Source of the DNA: Vicinamibacteria bacterium
Lineage (GTDB): Bacteria > Acidobacteriota > Vicinamibacteria > Marinacidobacterales > Marinacidobacteraceae
Assembly (NCBI GenBank): GCA_963668695.2
Contig: CAXXLQ010000004.1
Location: forward strand, 2,464,001-2,528,000
Direction of reading: 5' to 3'
DNA length: 64,000 nucleotides
The first letter of the stretch is position 1. Each line of letters starts with the position of its first letter. The notes under the pieces were generated by a model. The model did not search any database, was not told the DNA's origin, and saw only the letters and a list, made by a program, of their open reading frames with translations. Below are positions 1-11,300 of the stretch, piece after piece. A program made the position numbers and the translations under genes.

Positions 1-736
1 GCGGCTCGTACTCCACGTCGACATACGGTGTGATTTCCTCAAACACCTTGAATTCGAACTCGACGGCCAGCTCTCGCGTCAAGGGCCGGAAGCTATGGAA
101 GGTCACCGGGATCGCCACCGTCTCGCCCTCCCGAATGATGCTGGACTGGCGGAAGCGTTCCGAGACGGTGAGCGCCATTTCCAGATGCTCGGGGGTCAGC
201 GGCGGAACCTCGCTCACGTCGTCATAGATTCCGCACCGCACGTTCGTGCACGCCAGCACCGGCCCCTCCCCGGCCCCCTCGGGACAGCGCTGCACCACGA
301 TCGCTTCGTGCGACCGGATCCCCGGAAGAGGAAAGCCCCGAGAAGGAAGGCCCCAGTGGGGCGCCAGCCGCAGGCTGAACTCGTGGCGAACCGTCTCCCC
401 CGCTTCGCTCACCCGCCAGTTCCACAGCGTTTGCGACTGGAACATGTCCAGCAGCATGGTGTCCGCGGGCCCCGCCTCCACCACGAAATCCACCTCGTAC
501 TGTTCGGTGCAAAAAACCGGGCTCGACTCGTCGATCCGCCGCGGCGCCCCGACCCGGATCGTCCCACTCGCGCACTGCGACACCACCGGATAGGGCTCCT
601 CCGGCGGCTCCGGCGGTTCGGTCGGCACCGCCGGAGGCCCGGGAGCGGGGACCGGGGGCGCCGGGGTCTCGCAGCCGGGGCTCGCCGCCAGCGCGAGGCC
701 CAACCACAGCACCCACCCCGGAGCCGGCGTCCCCAT
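1..736 (-). CDS. Lipoprotein with Pro-rich linker and Cys-rich domain, paralog of the C-terminal domain of 48657..51503; 3' end lies outside the window
   Basis: Manual translation from ATG 736: MGTPAPGWVLWLGLALAASPGC-ETP (signal peptide plus Cys), then ADTMLLD...IVVQRCPEG...LACTNVRCGIYDDVSEVP; frame open to position 1. Absent from the ORF track because it has no stop in the window. Confidence 0.75.
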   Translation of the reverse strand, partial: MGTPAPGWVLWLGLALAASPGCETPAPPVPAPGPPAVPTEPPEPPEEPYPVVSQCASGTIRVGAPRRIDESSPVFCTEQYEVDFVVEAGPADTMLLDMFQSQTLWNWRVSEAGETVRHEFSLRLAPHWGLPSRGFPLPGIRSHEAIVVQRCPEGAGEGPVLACTNVRCGIYDDVSEVPPLTPEHLEMALTVSERFRQSSIIREGETVAIPVTFHSFRPLTRELAVEFEFKVFEEITPYVDVEYEP

Positions 737-747
737 GCCGCGAAGCC

Positions 748-1133
748 TCACGGAAGGGGCTCGCTCCGCCGCACCGCCAGCGGCACCGGACCGCTCTCCT
801 CGCCCGCCCGGACCCGGACCGCCCCCACCCGCAACGCCTGCCGCAGGTCCAGCACGGCCCCGACACTCGGGTAGAAGAAGTGGTTGTTCGCTACCCCCGT
901 GGGGGAGCGGATGATCAACTGGTAGTCGCCCGGAACCAGACCCCGGGATCCCACGAGCGAACATCGCGCCTATCGGGATCGGATTCGATGAAGTGGTACA
1001 CCTCCGCACGTCCTGCCGGGAACACGCTCAGGGCGCAAACCAGGCCGGCGAACAGGGCTGCCGCCGGGACGGCACGGCGCCCCGAGCGGCGGGCACGCCC
1101 GGAAGGAACGCGGATCGCAGGGAGTCGGTTCAT
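748..1133 (-). pseudogene. Internally deleted paralog of the metalloprotease at 47645..48652
   Basis: N-terminus (signal peptide, YHF...WDPGVW) is joined out of frame near 935 to a C-terminus GLVPGDYQLIIR...LRQALRVGAVRVRAGEESGPVPLAVRR that matches GLPVGRYLLLVR...IRDALRASLVSVTAGADAGPVTIRVR; no HExxH motif. Confidence 0.65.
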
Positions 1134-1404
1134 GGCGCTGCCGGCAAGAGGCGGCTGAGCAAGCCGGACGTGTCGGTTGGCGAGGAATGGTACCGAACCC
1201 CTGTTGGGGTTGGGTTGCCACAAGTGGGGCGCCGGCGCTCGCGGAGCTCCGGAAGCGGCCGCTGCCTGGAGGAAAACCACCATGCGGCCGCCCCCTGTCC
1301 GGAGTCTCATCGTTCCTGAAGCGCGTACCGCTTGGGGATTGGCCCCGGCCGGGACGAGCCCGCGCGGAGGCCCGCCGGGAACCGGCGACCCGCGCTAGCG
1401 CCGG

Positions 1405-2583
1405 ATGGGTGAAGCGAAGCGGCCCGTCTCTCCCGCGCGAACGCCGCATAGAATCAAAGCCGTTCTGTTCCCTCGCCGAGCCTCGGTTCCTCTGCTGCTC
1501 CTCGCTCTCGGGATCGTTCTTGCTCACCGGGCAAACGCGGGGGTGCCAGAACGCCAACCGGGTGTTCCTTTTTCCCTCGATCCCGGACTCGTTGCGGTTC
1601 CCGGCATCGAGGTCGGCCAGCATGAGCTCGATGGCCTGCCCACCGGCTGCACCGTAGTCCTCGCCCGCGAGGGCGCGGTCGCGGGGGTGGACGTCCGGGG
1701 CTCCGCTCCCGGGACCCGTGAGACCGACCTGCTCGATCCCGAGAACACCGTGGAGCGGGTCCACGCGGTGGTGCTTTCCGGGGGGAGCGCCTTCGGGCTC
1801 GCGGCGGCCGACGGGACAATGCGCTTTCTCGAAGAAGCCGGCATCGGATACCCGGTGGGCCCCTTCCGGATACCCATCGTCCCCGCCGCCATCCTGTTCG
1901 ATCTGGGGGTCCAGGGACCGGGCGCCGTCCGTCCGGGGCCCGACTGCGGCTACCGGGCGGCCGCCGCCGCGGGTGCGCATCCGGTCCGCCGCGGCAACGC
2001 CGGCGCGGGCGCCGGGGCGACCGTCGGGAAGAGCCGGGGCATGGCTCGGGCGATGAAGGGTGGGATCGGCTCGGCCTCGCTGAGCTTTCCGGACGGCCTG
2101 ATCGTGGCGGCGCTCATCGCCGTGAACGCGGTGGGCGACGTGGTGGACCCCGCGGACGGAACGGTGGTGGCGGGCGTGCGCGACGACGACGGGGGCCTCG
2201 CGGATTCGCGCCGTTTACTGCTCGAATCCCTTCCCGGCCGGGGTTTTGGGGCGGACGCGGAAGGCGCCGGTCCGCTTGGCGGAGCGAACACCACCATCGG
2301 GGTGGTGGCCGTCAACGCTCCGCTCACCAAGGCGGAAGCGAACAAGGTGGCCGAGATGGCGCACGACGGTCTGGCGCGGGCCATTTATCCGGTGCACACC
2401 CCCTCCGACGGGGACACGCTGTTCGCGCTCTCCACCGGAAGCGGGCCGGAAGCCCGCGTCGGGAGGATTGGCGCCCTCGCCGCCGAGGCGGTAGCGCGCG
2501 CCGTGCTGGACGCGGTCCGCTCGGCGGAGTCGCTGCCCGGGCTTCCCTCGATCCACGACCTCCCGGCACCGCCGGAGCGGTAA
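1405..2583 (+). CDS. P1/S58 (DmpA-like) peptidase
   Basis: Motifs TGCTVV, VDVRGSAPGTRETDLL, LSGGSAFGL, NTTIGVV, DGDTLF; start codon uncertain. Confidence 0.9.
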   Translation: MGEAKRPVSPARTPHRIKAVLFPRRASVPLLLLALGIVLAHRANAGVPERQPGVPFSLDPGLVAVPGIEVGQHELDGLPTGCTVVLAREGAVAGVDVRGSAPGTRETDLLDPENTVERVHAVVLSGGSAFGLAAADGTMRFLEEAGIGYPVGPFRIPIVPAAILFDLGVQGPGAVRPGPDCGYRAAAAAGAHPVRRGNAGAGAGATVGKSRGMARAMKGGIGSASLSFPDGLIVAALIAVNAVGDVVDPADGTVVAGVRDDDGGLADSRRLLLESLPGRGFGADAEGAGPLGGANTTIGVVAVNAPLTKAEANKVAEMAHDGLARAIYPVHTPSDGDTLFALSTGSGPEARVGRIGALAAEAVARAVLDAVRSAESLPGLPSIHDLPAPPER

Positions 2584-3053
2584 CAGTCTGTGGCGAAACC
2601 CAGGCGGCCCAGTTCTCCCGGTGGGGGCTCGGCCGGCGATCCATCCCGGCCAAACAGCCTGTGATGAAACCCGCGCGGCGTTCGGCAGGCGATCCATCCC
2701 GGCTGACCGCGTCGCTTCGCGCCGCTCATCGTTGCGTTTCGGTCGGAATACACCCGGGCCAGTTCTCCCGGTGGGGGCTCCTCCCTCACGCGCCTCGTCA
2801 GCCGGGCCCCCACCGGGAGAACTGGCCCCACCGGGAGAACTGGGCCTCGCCGGCCTCGGCGCTCACGCGGGTTCCACCACCGGCTGTTCACCGCGTCGCT
2901 TCGCGCCGCTCATCGTTGCGCTTCGGTCGAAATACACTCGGGCCAGTTCTCCCGGTGGGGGCTCCTCCCTCGCGCGCCTTGTCAGCCGGGTGCCTCCCCC
3001 CCACCGGGAGAACTGGCGCTCTCGGCGCTCACGCCACCTTGTCCACAGGCTGT
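2583..3053. mobile_element. Nested MITE composite (inner copy ~2654..2887 inside an outer copy) with six 20-mer motifs
   Basis: TIRs ACAGTCTGTGG...CCACAGGCTGT with TA on both sides; the left TA plus the first element base form the peptidase stop codon. Confidence 0.8.
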
Positions 3054-3062
3054 TAAGCGGGC

Positions 3063-4423
3063 GTGTCCCCGCATCTCCTCGTCCTCGCGGCCTATTCGGT
3101 CCTGCTGATCGCGGTCGGCTGGTACGTCTCCCGGAGGGGGCGTTCCGCCGAAAGCTTCTTCGTGGCCGGACGCCGCCTGCCGGCGCGGCTGATCTTCGCG
3201 ACCGTGCTCGCCGCGAACATCGGGGCCGGCTCGACCATCGGCGCGGCCGCGCTCGGCTACGAGTACGGGCTCGCCGCCTTCTGGTGGGTGGGGGCCGCGG
3301 GCATCGGCACCCTGCTCCTCGCCGTCTGGCTGGGCCCCCGGATGTGGCGGGTCGCCACCGAAGCCCGGCTCCGCACGGTGGGCGACTTCCTCGAGCTGCG
3401 CTACGGCGTTGCGGTCCGGATCGCACTCACCGGTCTCCTGCTCGTCGCCACCCTCTTCGTGCTTGCGGCGCAGTTGCTCGCCGCCGGATTGCTCATCGAA
3501 GGCGCCGCGGGGATACCGCTGCCGTTCGCCATCCTCGCCGCGGCGGTGGTGATGACCGCCTACTTCGCGGTGGGGGGGCTCCAGAGTGCGGCATCGGTGA
3601 ACTTCGTGCAGCTCGGGGTCTTGCTCCTGGGACTCGGCCTCGCCGTGCCTTACGCCCTGTCCGCCGCCGGGGGCGGGGCCGGAATCCGCGGCGCCTCGGA
3701 GAGGGCGCGTTCGACATCTTCGGGAATGCGTCCCTCGCCTTCGGCTACACCGCGCTATTGATCCCGGCCTTCCTGGTGTCCCCCGGCATCCTGCAGAAGC
3801 TCTTCGGGGCCCGCAGTGAGAGCGCCGTGCGCCGCGGCCTCACCGCCGCCGGCGCCGTGTTGCTCGTTTTCGCCGCGGTCCCGCCGCTCCTCGGCGCCGC
3901 GGCAGCGGTCCTCCATCCCGAACTGGCAAGCGCCGACGCCGCCCTTCCGGCGCTCCTCGTCGAGTCGCTTCCCCTCTGGCTCGGAACCCTCGGGGTGGCG
4001 GCGCTTTTCTCGGCCGAGGTGTCGAGCGCCGACGCGGTGCTCTTCATGCTTTCCACCTCGCTCTCCCGGGATGTCTTCCACCGCTTCCTGCGGCCGGGAG
4101 CCGACGACCGCACCGTCCTGCGGGTGGCGCGCGCGGCCGCGGTGGTTTCCGGCCTTGTCGGTGTCGTGATCGCGATCCTCGCGCAGAGCGTGATCGCTTC
4201 CCTCACGGTCTTCTACTCGATCCTGGGCGTCTCTCTCTTCGTGCCGGTGGTGGTCGGCCTCCACCGCTTCCGGCCCCCCGCCCGCGCCATCCTGAGCGGC
4301 GCGGCGGTCGGGGTTTTGGTGTTCTGGTTGGCTCCGGAGAACGGGATTCTCCCGCCGCCGCTACTCGGCATCGCGGCCTCCGGGGTGGTGGTGTTTCTCC
4401 ACCTGCGGACCGCAAGGCCCTGA
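3063..4423 (+). CDS. Sodium:solute symporter (SSS family), frameshift near 3695
   Basis: FFVAGRRL, ANIGAGST and many TM segments in two overlapping frames; adding one C to a C-run restores the frame. Confidence 0.85.
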
Positions 4424-4503
4424 TTCGCCGGGAAGGCGCGGCGCGGTAGCGCCTGCCGGCCGGACGCCCCGGAGGCGGCGGGTGGGGGCACAATCCGCGG
4501 GCC

Positions 4504-5649
4504 ATGGCTCCCGACCGCGCCGGCCCGGACCTCGCGTCCGCCGATGTCGTCATCGTGGGAGCCGGTCTCGCCGGGCTGCAGTGCGCCCGTCTGGTTGGCG
4601 AGGCGGGGCTCGACGTCGTCCTGCTGGATCGGAAGGAAGACCTGCGCGACCGCGTGCATACCACCGGGATCTTCGTGCGGAAGTCCCTCGAAGACTTCGA
4701 TCTGCCGCCGTCCTGCCTCGGTCCGCCGATCCGCCGGGTCGCGCTCTATTCCCCGGCGCGGCGCGCGCTCCGGCTGTCGAGCCGGCGCGACGAGTTCCGG
4801 GTGGGGCGGATGGGGACGCTCTACCGCGAACTTCTCGATCGCTGTCTTGCGGCGGGCGTTCGGTTTCTCCCCGGCACGCGCTATCGCGGGTCCCGTCCGG
4901 CCGGAACAGGCCTCGTGGTCGAGCTGGAGCGCGACGGAAAGGGGCTGAATATCGAGACGCGCCTTCTCGTAGGGGCCGACGGCGCGAACTCCCAGGTGGC
5001 TCGTGACCTCGGGCTCGATTCCAACTCGGACTGGCTGGTGGGCCTGGAGTGGGTGTACACCGGGGTGCCCCTCTCGGGACCGGCGACCCTGCACTGTTTT
5101 CTGGATCCCCGGATCGCGCCGGGCTACCTCGCCTGGGTTGTCCAGGATGGCGAGGAGACGCACGTGGGGGTCGGCGGCTATCCCGGCCGCTTCCGGCCCC
5201 AGACCGCGCTCGCGGAATTCGCGGGCAGCCTGGAGAGCCTCTTCGCCCTCGACCGGGGCCGGCTCGTGGAGCAGCGCGGGGGCCGGATCCCGGTCAACGG
5301 GGTGTTGCGCCGGATCGGCGGCGACCGCGGCCTGCTCGTCGGCGACGCGGCGGGGGCGGTTTCACCGCTGACCGCTGGCGGCTTCGACGCCTGCCTCCGG
5401 CTTTCCCGGCGTGCCGCAGGCGTCATCGTGCGCCGTTTCGAGACCGGCGACCCGAGTGTGCTGGCGACCTATTCGGGGGCGAGGCTCCGGTCTCGATTTC
5501 TCTCCCGGCGCTGGATGCGCCTCCTGCTCGCGGGAATCCGGAGTCCGGCGGTGATGGAGGCGGTGTGCCTGATGTTGCGGTGCCCCCCGTTCCGCAACCT
5601 CGCGTGGCAGGTCTTCTTTCGCCGGCGCTCCTTCCCCGACCTGGAGTGA
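4504..5649 (+). CDS. FAD-dependent oxidoreductase, geranylgeranyl reductase-like
   Basis: GAGLAG Rossmann motif, LVGADG, LVGDAAG..SPLTAGG. Confidence 0.8.
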   Translation: MAPDRAGPDLASADVVIVGAGLAGLQCARLVGEAGLDVVLLDRKEDLRDRVHTTGIFVRKSLEDFDLPPSCLGPPIRRVALYSPARRALRLSSRRDEFRVGRMGTLYRELLDRCLAAGVRFLPGTRYRGSRPAGTGLVVELERDGKGLNIETRLLVGADGANSQVARDLGLDSNSDWLVGLEWVYTGVPLSGPATLHCFLDPRIAPGYLAWVVQDGEETHVGVGGYPGRFRPQTALAEFAGSLESLFALDRGRLVEQRGGRIPVNGVLRRIGGDRGLLVGDAAGAVSPLTAGGFDACLRLSRRAAGVIVRRFETGDPSVLATYSGARLRSRFLSRRWMRLLLAGIRSPAVMEAVCLMLRCPPFRNLAWQVFFRRRSFPDLE

Positions 5650-5657
5650 TGCCCGCC

Positions 5658-5760
5658 AGCGGGCCCCCACCGGGAGAACTGGCCACCGGTCTCCGGCCGG
5701 CATCGCGCGGGAGCGCGAAACCAGCGCCGATGATGCTGCGCCATGCCAACGTGAGGGCCC
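5658..5760. repeat. REP-like repeat family 2 with a 20-mer at 5663..5682
   Basis: CCGGCATCGCGCGGGAGCGCGAAACCAGC.CCGATGA..CTGCGCCATGCCAAC is shared with the copies at 56453..56690. Confidence 0.7.
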
Positions 5761-5907
5761 ACCACCTTTCAGTCCCGGAGGGCGTGTCCGCTCGCTGCTC
5801 CCGCTCCCTCGGCCTCATCGGCACCGCCTGCCGGAGGCTGGCGCGACGCGTGACGCTTACCGTCCTGATGGCGTCGAGTCCGACGTCCCACGTCGGGGCG
5901 GAACCCG

Positions 5908-6174
5908 TCAGAAGATCTCTTCCGGCTTCACCGACGGATCGTCGATCGACCCGAACTCCTCCTCCAGCGGTACGAGTCCGGACAGGACCTCACGTAGCGT
6001 CGGGGATCGTTCGGCGAGCCCAGGAACCGGAAGAATCTCCTCGCGACAGGTGGCGACTTCGTCCGTGGCCAGCTCCGATTCCGAAGGAGTCCGGCCCGGC
6101 TGATTCCGGCTGTTGCGAAATGGGCGAGTCTGACTGGTTGGCCGCGGCCACTTCGGGGCGTTCGCTCTCGGCAT
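5908..6174 (-). pseudogene. Possible VapB-like antitoxin remnant, no toxin downstream
   Basis: C-terminus LREVLSGLVPLEEEFGSIDDP resembles VapB tails; the N-terminus does not. Confidence 0.35.
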
Positions 6175-6250
6175 CTGCGAAGCCTCTGTCGAAGTCGGCC
6201 CGAGGTCAAATCACGGGGCACGAATTGTCCCGGGCGATAATGCGCGCGCT

Positions 6251-7054
6251 GTGAATCCCGCCGCCTCTCCCTTCTCCCTCGACGGGATGGACGTAGTCGT
6301 GATCGGCGGCGCCTCCGGGATCGGCGAAGCGAGCGCCCGGCTGGCGGCCCGGTCGGGGGCGAGGGTAGTGATCGCCGATCGGGATGAAGTCGCGGCCGAG
6401 GCGGTAGCTGCCGCAATCAGCACCGAAGGCGGGACCGCTGTTTCCCGGGGTGTGGACATTCGCTCCGGCGAATCGGTCGAGAGCCTCTTCCGGGGCCTCG
6501 AAACCGAAGGTTTCCGGCCCCGCGGACTCGTCTCCACTCCGGGCGTGAACGTCCGAAAGAGGCTCGCCGACACCAGTGAAGAAGAGTTCGAAAGGGTCGT
6601 CTCGCTGAACTTGAAGGGGACGTTCCACGCGCTCCGCCACGGGGCAGCGAGCCTGGCGCGGTCCGGCGGCGGGAGCATCGTGCTGCTCTCGTCGATCCGC
6701 TCGCAGGTGGTGGAGCCGGGGCAGGGGGTCTATGCGGCCACCAAGGCGGGGATTGTGCAACTCGCCCGCACCGCGGCGGCCGAATGGGCTGCCTCCGGAT
6801 TGCGCGTGAACGCCCTCGCCCCCGGCGTCGTCGAGACGCCGCTCACCGCCCCCATCGAGAGCCGCCCCGACTGGAAACAGGCGTACACCGACAAGACGCT
6901 GCTGGGACGCTGGGCGACCGCGGACGAAATGGCCGCGCCGACAGTGTTCCTGCTGTCCCCGGCGGCGAGCTACGTCACCGGGTCGGTGCTCTTCGCGGAT
7001 GGCGGCTGGACCGCGGTGGACGGCCGGTTCGACCCGCTGCCCAACGCTCCATGA
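6251..7054 (+). CDS. SDR family oxidoreductase
   Basis: GGASGIG, YAATK, RVNALAPG, YVTGSVLFADGG. Confidence 0.92.
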   Translation: MNPAASPFSLDGMDVVVIGGASGIGEASARLAARSGARVVIADRDEVAAEAVAAAISTEGGTAVSRGVDIRSGESVESLFRGLETEGFRPRGLVSTPGVNVRKRLADTSEEEFERVVSLNLKGTFHALRHGAASLARSGGGSIVLLSSIRSQVVEPGQGVYAATKAGIVQLARTAAAEWAASGLRVNALAPGVVETPLTAPIESRPDWKQAYTDKTLLGRWATADEMAAPTVFLLSPAASYVTGSVLFADGGWTAVDGRFDPLPNAP

Positions 7055-7890
7055 GTCTGCGCGTGGGGTTGAGTCCGCCGCGGGCTTCACCAGCTATTCG
7101 AACGGCGTACGTCGGAGTGGACGTATCCGTGTCCAGGAGAAAGCGAATTCCCATTTCCGTATGCGTTCGTGATGAGGCCGGCCGGCTGTCACCTCTGGCT
7201 CTCAAGGGCTCCAAGAAGGTGAAAGCGCCGCCAGGGATCGGAAACGCTGCGACTCTGTGCGACAACCGGGTAGCTGAGTTCGCACAAGAGATGGCAGATT
7301 TCCTCAAGGCGCTCGTTGGACAGGAGAAGCTTGAGATCCGCCGCATCGCGATTGACGCGCCCCGGGACTATCGATCAGCAGACTCCGGGCGAAGAGCGTC
7401 GGAGCAGGCGCTATATAAGGAGGGTATTCCCTATTTCTCAACGCCTTCCGAGGCCGAGTTCGCGGAGATTCGCAAGAAAGCCGAAAAACACTTGAGAAAC
7501 AAAGGTAGCCAGAGCAGGCTTCCTCATGCCAACCAACTCTGGATGCTCGCGGGGTTCCAAATCTGGCGAGAATTGATCGCTACATTCGCCGAAAGCGAGT
7601 GTCTCGAAACGCATCCACATGCGATTTCTGTCCGGCTCAAGGCCGAAAGCAGCAAGAAATCCTCGTCGGCTGGTTTTACGGACAGATTGAATGCTGTGTA
7701 TTCGTTGACGGGATGGGACTCCCCCGATGTTCTCAAGCGCCGAATCGACAAGCAGGGTTATGGGTCAAGCCACGACAAACTGGATGCGTTCCTGTGTGCC
7801 TGGCTAGCGAGTCTTGATGAGGGAAAGCGGGAGGCTCTTGGGAAACCAGCGGACGATGCCATCTGGGTGCCAGTTGGCTCCAGGAGGTAG
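7051..7890 (+). CDS. DUF429-like (RNase H-fold, predicted nuclease) protein
   Basis: YVGVDV, AIDAP, ETHPHA, DKLDAFLCAWLA; ATGA overlap with the SDR stop; visibly lower GC. Confidence 0.7.
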   Translation: MSLRVGLSPPRASPAIRTAYVGVDVSVSRRKRIPISVCVRDEAGRLSPLALKGSKKVKAPPGIGNAATLCDNRVAEFAQEMADFLKALVGQEKLEIRRIAIDAPRDYRSADSGRRASEQALYKEGIPYFSTPSEAEFAEIRKKAEKHLRNKGSQSRLPHANQLWMLAGFQIWRELIATFAESECLETHPHAISVRLKAESSKKSSSAGFTDRLNAVYSLTGWDSPDVLKRRIDKQGYGSSHDKLDAFLCAWLASLDEGKREALGKPADDAIWVPVGSRR

Positions 7891-8321
7891 AACGGGTGTC
7901 ACATCGCGACCGCGGATCTGCTGGCCTTGCTTCGCGGGCTCCTCGGCGCCGCTGTGGCCATTCTCGGTATCCGCGTCACACACCTCCACACCCGTCGGGG
8001 GTGTGAATCTCGCCCGCCTCTGGCGGGCGATCTCGGTTTATGACCGGCGTTCCCTGGCCCTTCCGCGCTACAGGCGGGTCAGCATTACGCGCTTTCGCTG
8101 GGCTGCGCCCAGCGGTGCCGACCAGAGGTCTATACCTTTCCGGGCATCACATTTTCATGGGGCAGACACCCTGCGAACGAATGGCGCCGGACGGGGTGCG
8201 TTGGGGCGCGGCAGGTAGCCGGGAGGCGGTGTCAAGAGGAGGAAGGCGGCGAAGGTCCGGCGTTCCAAGCCGTCCCCGCGCTTTTTCTCGGTCAACGGTG
8301 CGGTCTGGCGGCCCTGCGGGC

Positions 8322-8375
8322 TGCGGTGCCGGTCTGAATGCCCCCACCGGGAGAACCGGCCGGCGATCCCTGGCC
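8322..8375. repeat. Partial REP-like family 2 copy with a 20-mer variant at 8340..8359
   Basis: Reverse complement reads GGGATCGCCGGC[CGGTTCTCCCGGTGGGGGC]ATTCAGACCGGCAC. Confidence 0.65.
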
Positions 8376-8388
8376 TCCGCGCGTCCTC

Positions 8389-11300
8389 TCACACGTAGAG
8401 CAGCACCGACTTCGCTGGCTGGCCGGTGGCTCGCTCCACCGCCCGGGCGTAGAGGCTGACCTGGCGGCGGTAGCGGGCCTCGACCGCCGCGAACTCCGGA
8501 TCATCCGGCGCTCGGGAATCCGTCTTGAAGTCCACCACGGTCCAGGGGCCGCCCGACTCCGGCTGGAATACCAGATCGGCGACGCCCTCCACGAGGAGAG
8601 GACCGTCTCCTCCATCCGCCCGGGTCCCTGCGGGGGCAGGGGCGGCCGCCCCTTCGTCCGACGCTTCGACTTCGAGCGCCGACGCCGTCTCGAATCGGTC
8701 TTGGCTCGGCTGGCTGCCGGCAGCGGGCCCCGCGGCGTTTTCGAAATGGAGCAGCGGCAATTCCCGGTAGCACCTGCCGTGCTCTTCGGCCCGCCGCGCC
8801 TCGGCGAGCAAGGGGTGGCCGAGCGCACCGAGCACCGCCGCTCCTACGGACGTCGAGAGTTCCGCCGGGCGTTCGAGTTCGCGGGACATCCGTTCAACTT
8901 CGCGGGACGCGCGGGCGGCTTCGCGGCGGACCGCCGGTTCATCAGCGTCGAGCGGTATCCGCTCGAGAACCCGGTGGACCAGCTCTCCGAACAAAACGCC
9001 TCGGGGCCGCCCCGGATCCGTCGCGAGCTGGTGGACTTCGGCCGCTCCCCTCCTCCGTCCCAGGCGCCGCCAGCGCGGTCCCGGGCGCCGCCAGCGCGGT
9101 CCCAGAAGCCGCCAGCGCCGTCGCGGAAGCCACCGCGCGGCTCGGCGCGCGTCCTTCGTCGAGGGCGCGCGTCCGGCGGGCCAGAAACGCCGCTTCCGCC
9201 GCCTTCCCTTCCTCCGGCGCGCCGTCGGCCGAGTCCTTCCGAAGCAGTTCCCACAGCGGTTTTCCGCCTCGCGCGTTTCCCGGAGCGCTCGGCTGTCCGG
9301 CTTCGGCCACTCGCGGCGTGATTCCGCCGCGTCCGCGCAGCGGTTTCAGAGCCGCGGCGACGGGGGCGAGCAGGCTGTCCCGGGGGAAGTCCCCTTCGGC
9401 CACCGGCGCCGCGACGAGATCCCGCGCCCGGGTGAGCGAGACGTAGAGCAGTCGGTCCAGCTCCGCGAGATCCTCCGCCTCTTCGGCCGGTGCCCCCTCG
9501 ATCAGGTCCCACGGAACGATGCCCGAGCCGAGATCGCAGGCGTAGAGCCGCCGCTCGGCGTTCACGACCCGGCTCGCCCGCCCGTGCCGCTGAAAGGCTC
9601 CGTCGCAGAGGATCACGACCGGGAACTCCAGTCCCTTTGCGGTGTGGGTGGTCATGATCCGCACCCCGCTCACGTCCTCATCGATGGCGTGCGCCGATCC
9701 GGCGTCCGGGTTCTCCGCTTCGGCGGCAAGCTGTTCCACGAACGCCCGGAAAGAGAGGCCGCCGCCAGCCTCGAAGGCGCGCGCCGCCTCGGCGAGCCGC
9801 CTCAGATTCGAGAGCACCTGATCCGGCGAGTTCCAGAACGCGAAACCGGTTTCCGCGCGGTTCCTGCCGAGGAGCTGTTGCAGCGTCACCGCAATGGGTT
9901 GGTGGGTACGGCGCCGGTGGAGACGGTAGAGGAACGCCAGTCCGTCCCGGATCGCCCGGTCCATCGTTCGGTCCGGCGCTCGGTCCGGCGTTCGGTCCGG
10001 CGTTCGGTCCCCCGGTCCCCCGTTCGGTCCCCCGTTCGTTCCGTCGTCCGGTCGATCGTTCCGCTTCGGGGAGCGGCCTCGTCGTCCAGTTCAAGAAGGC
10101 GCGCCCGGGCAGGCCGGAGCCGGATTTCCGGATGGCGTTCCCGAAAGAGGAACAGGTCCTGGTCGGGAATGGCGAACAGCGGACCCCGGAGGGTCGCGTA
10201 GACGCTCAACTCGTCGTCAGGGAACTCGATGGCGGTGAGAGCCGCGCGCAGGAACGACAGTTCGGCGCTGCCGATGTAGGTCTGGACCGCTGCCAGCGAG
10301 TGCGGGATGCCCAGGTCCCGAAGGGCGTCGGCATAGGGCTGCGGCACCAGTCGTCCATACGTCCGGAAGCGCCGGAACAGCAGACAGATGTCGCTCGGTT
10401 CCACCGGCCGGGTCCCCTCTTTATCGGCTTGGGAGACCCGGAACCCGCTGTCGAGGAGCCCGCCCACGAAGTCCGCCACCGCCTTCGGTTCCTGTTCCTC
10501 GAGCTGGCGGGCATAGGGGGCGTGAGCGAGCGGAATCGCGGCCAGCGGAATGCTCTCCCGGATGGATTCCCGAGAGGGGTGGAGTGGCACGTAGTCCACC
10601 TGCCGGGCGAGTCCCCCGAGTCCCGGCGCCTCCTCGAAGACCGGCTTCATGACCCGGTTCACGAAATCGCAGATGGCGGGAACCGAGCGGAAATTCGTGG
10701 TCAGCCGGATCTCGGCGGCGCCGTTCGCGAGCAGGCGCTCCTTCACCTCGAGGTAGTGGGCCACGTCGGCCCGCCGGAACCGGTAAATGGACTGCTTGGG
10801 ATCCCCTACAGGCAGAGACTTCCCGGGACCGGAATGGCGGCCCGCCAGTCGCCCCCCGGCGGTTCCGGCGCGGTGAGCAGCAGGACGATCTCCGTCTGCA
10901 TCGGGTCGGTGTCCTGGTACTCGTCCACCACGATGTGCCGAAGGCGGCCCCCGAGTTCCTCGCGGACCTCCGCGTGGTCCCGCAGCAGGCCTTGCGTCCG
11001 GAGCAGCAGGTCGTCGAAGTCCAGCATCCCGGCCTTCTGCTTGGCCGCCTCGTAGTCCTCGATCAGCCCTCGAAGGTCCTCGCGAAGCAGCGCCGCCAGG
11101 TCGGCGTTGCTTTCTTGCTGGAATGCGAGCAGGCGGGCCCGGAAAGCGTCGCGCCACTTGCGGGCGTGGCGGAAGCCGGACGGGGTGCGGCCGGAATAGC
11201 CCGGAACCTTGAGTTCCGCGAGGGCCTGTTCCAGCCAGTCGACATCTCTTCCGGAAGAGGCGTCGCGCACCCGGATCTCGCGACCGAGGTCCGCGGCCGC

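Noticed and set aside
2609-2628. 20-mer as a DNA uptake sequence or Chi site
   Set aside because: Those motifs are shorter and scattered through coding DNA; this one appears confined to repeats.
2621-3056. Proteins with PPPGELA/PHRENW/QFSRWG repeats
   Set aside because: They are translations of the non-coding MITE and 20-mer.
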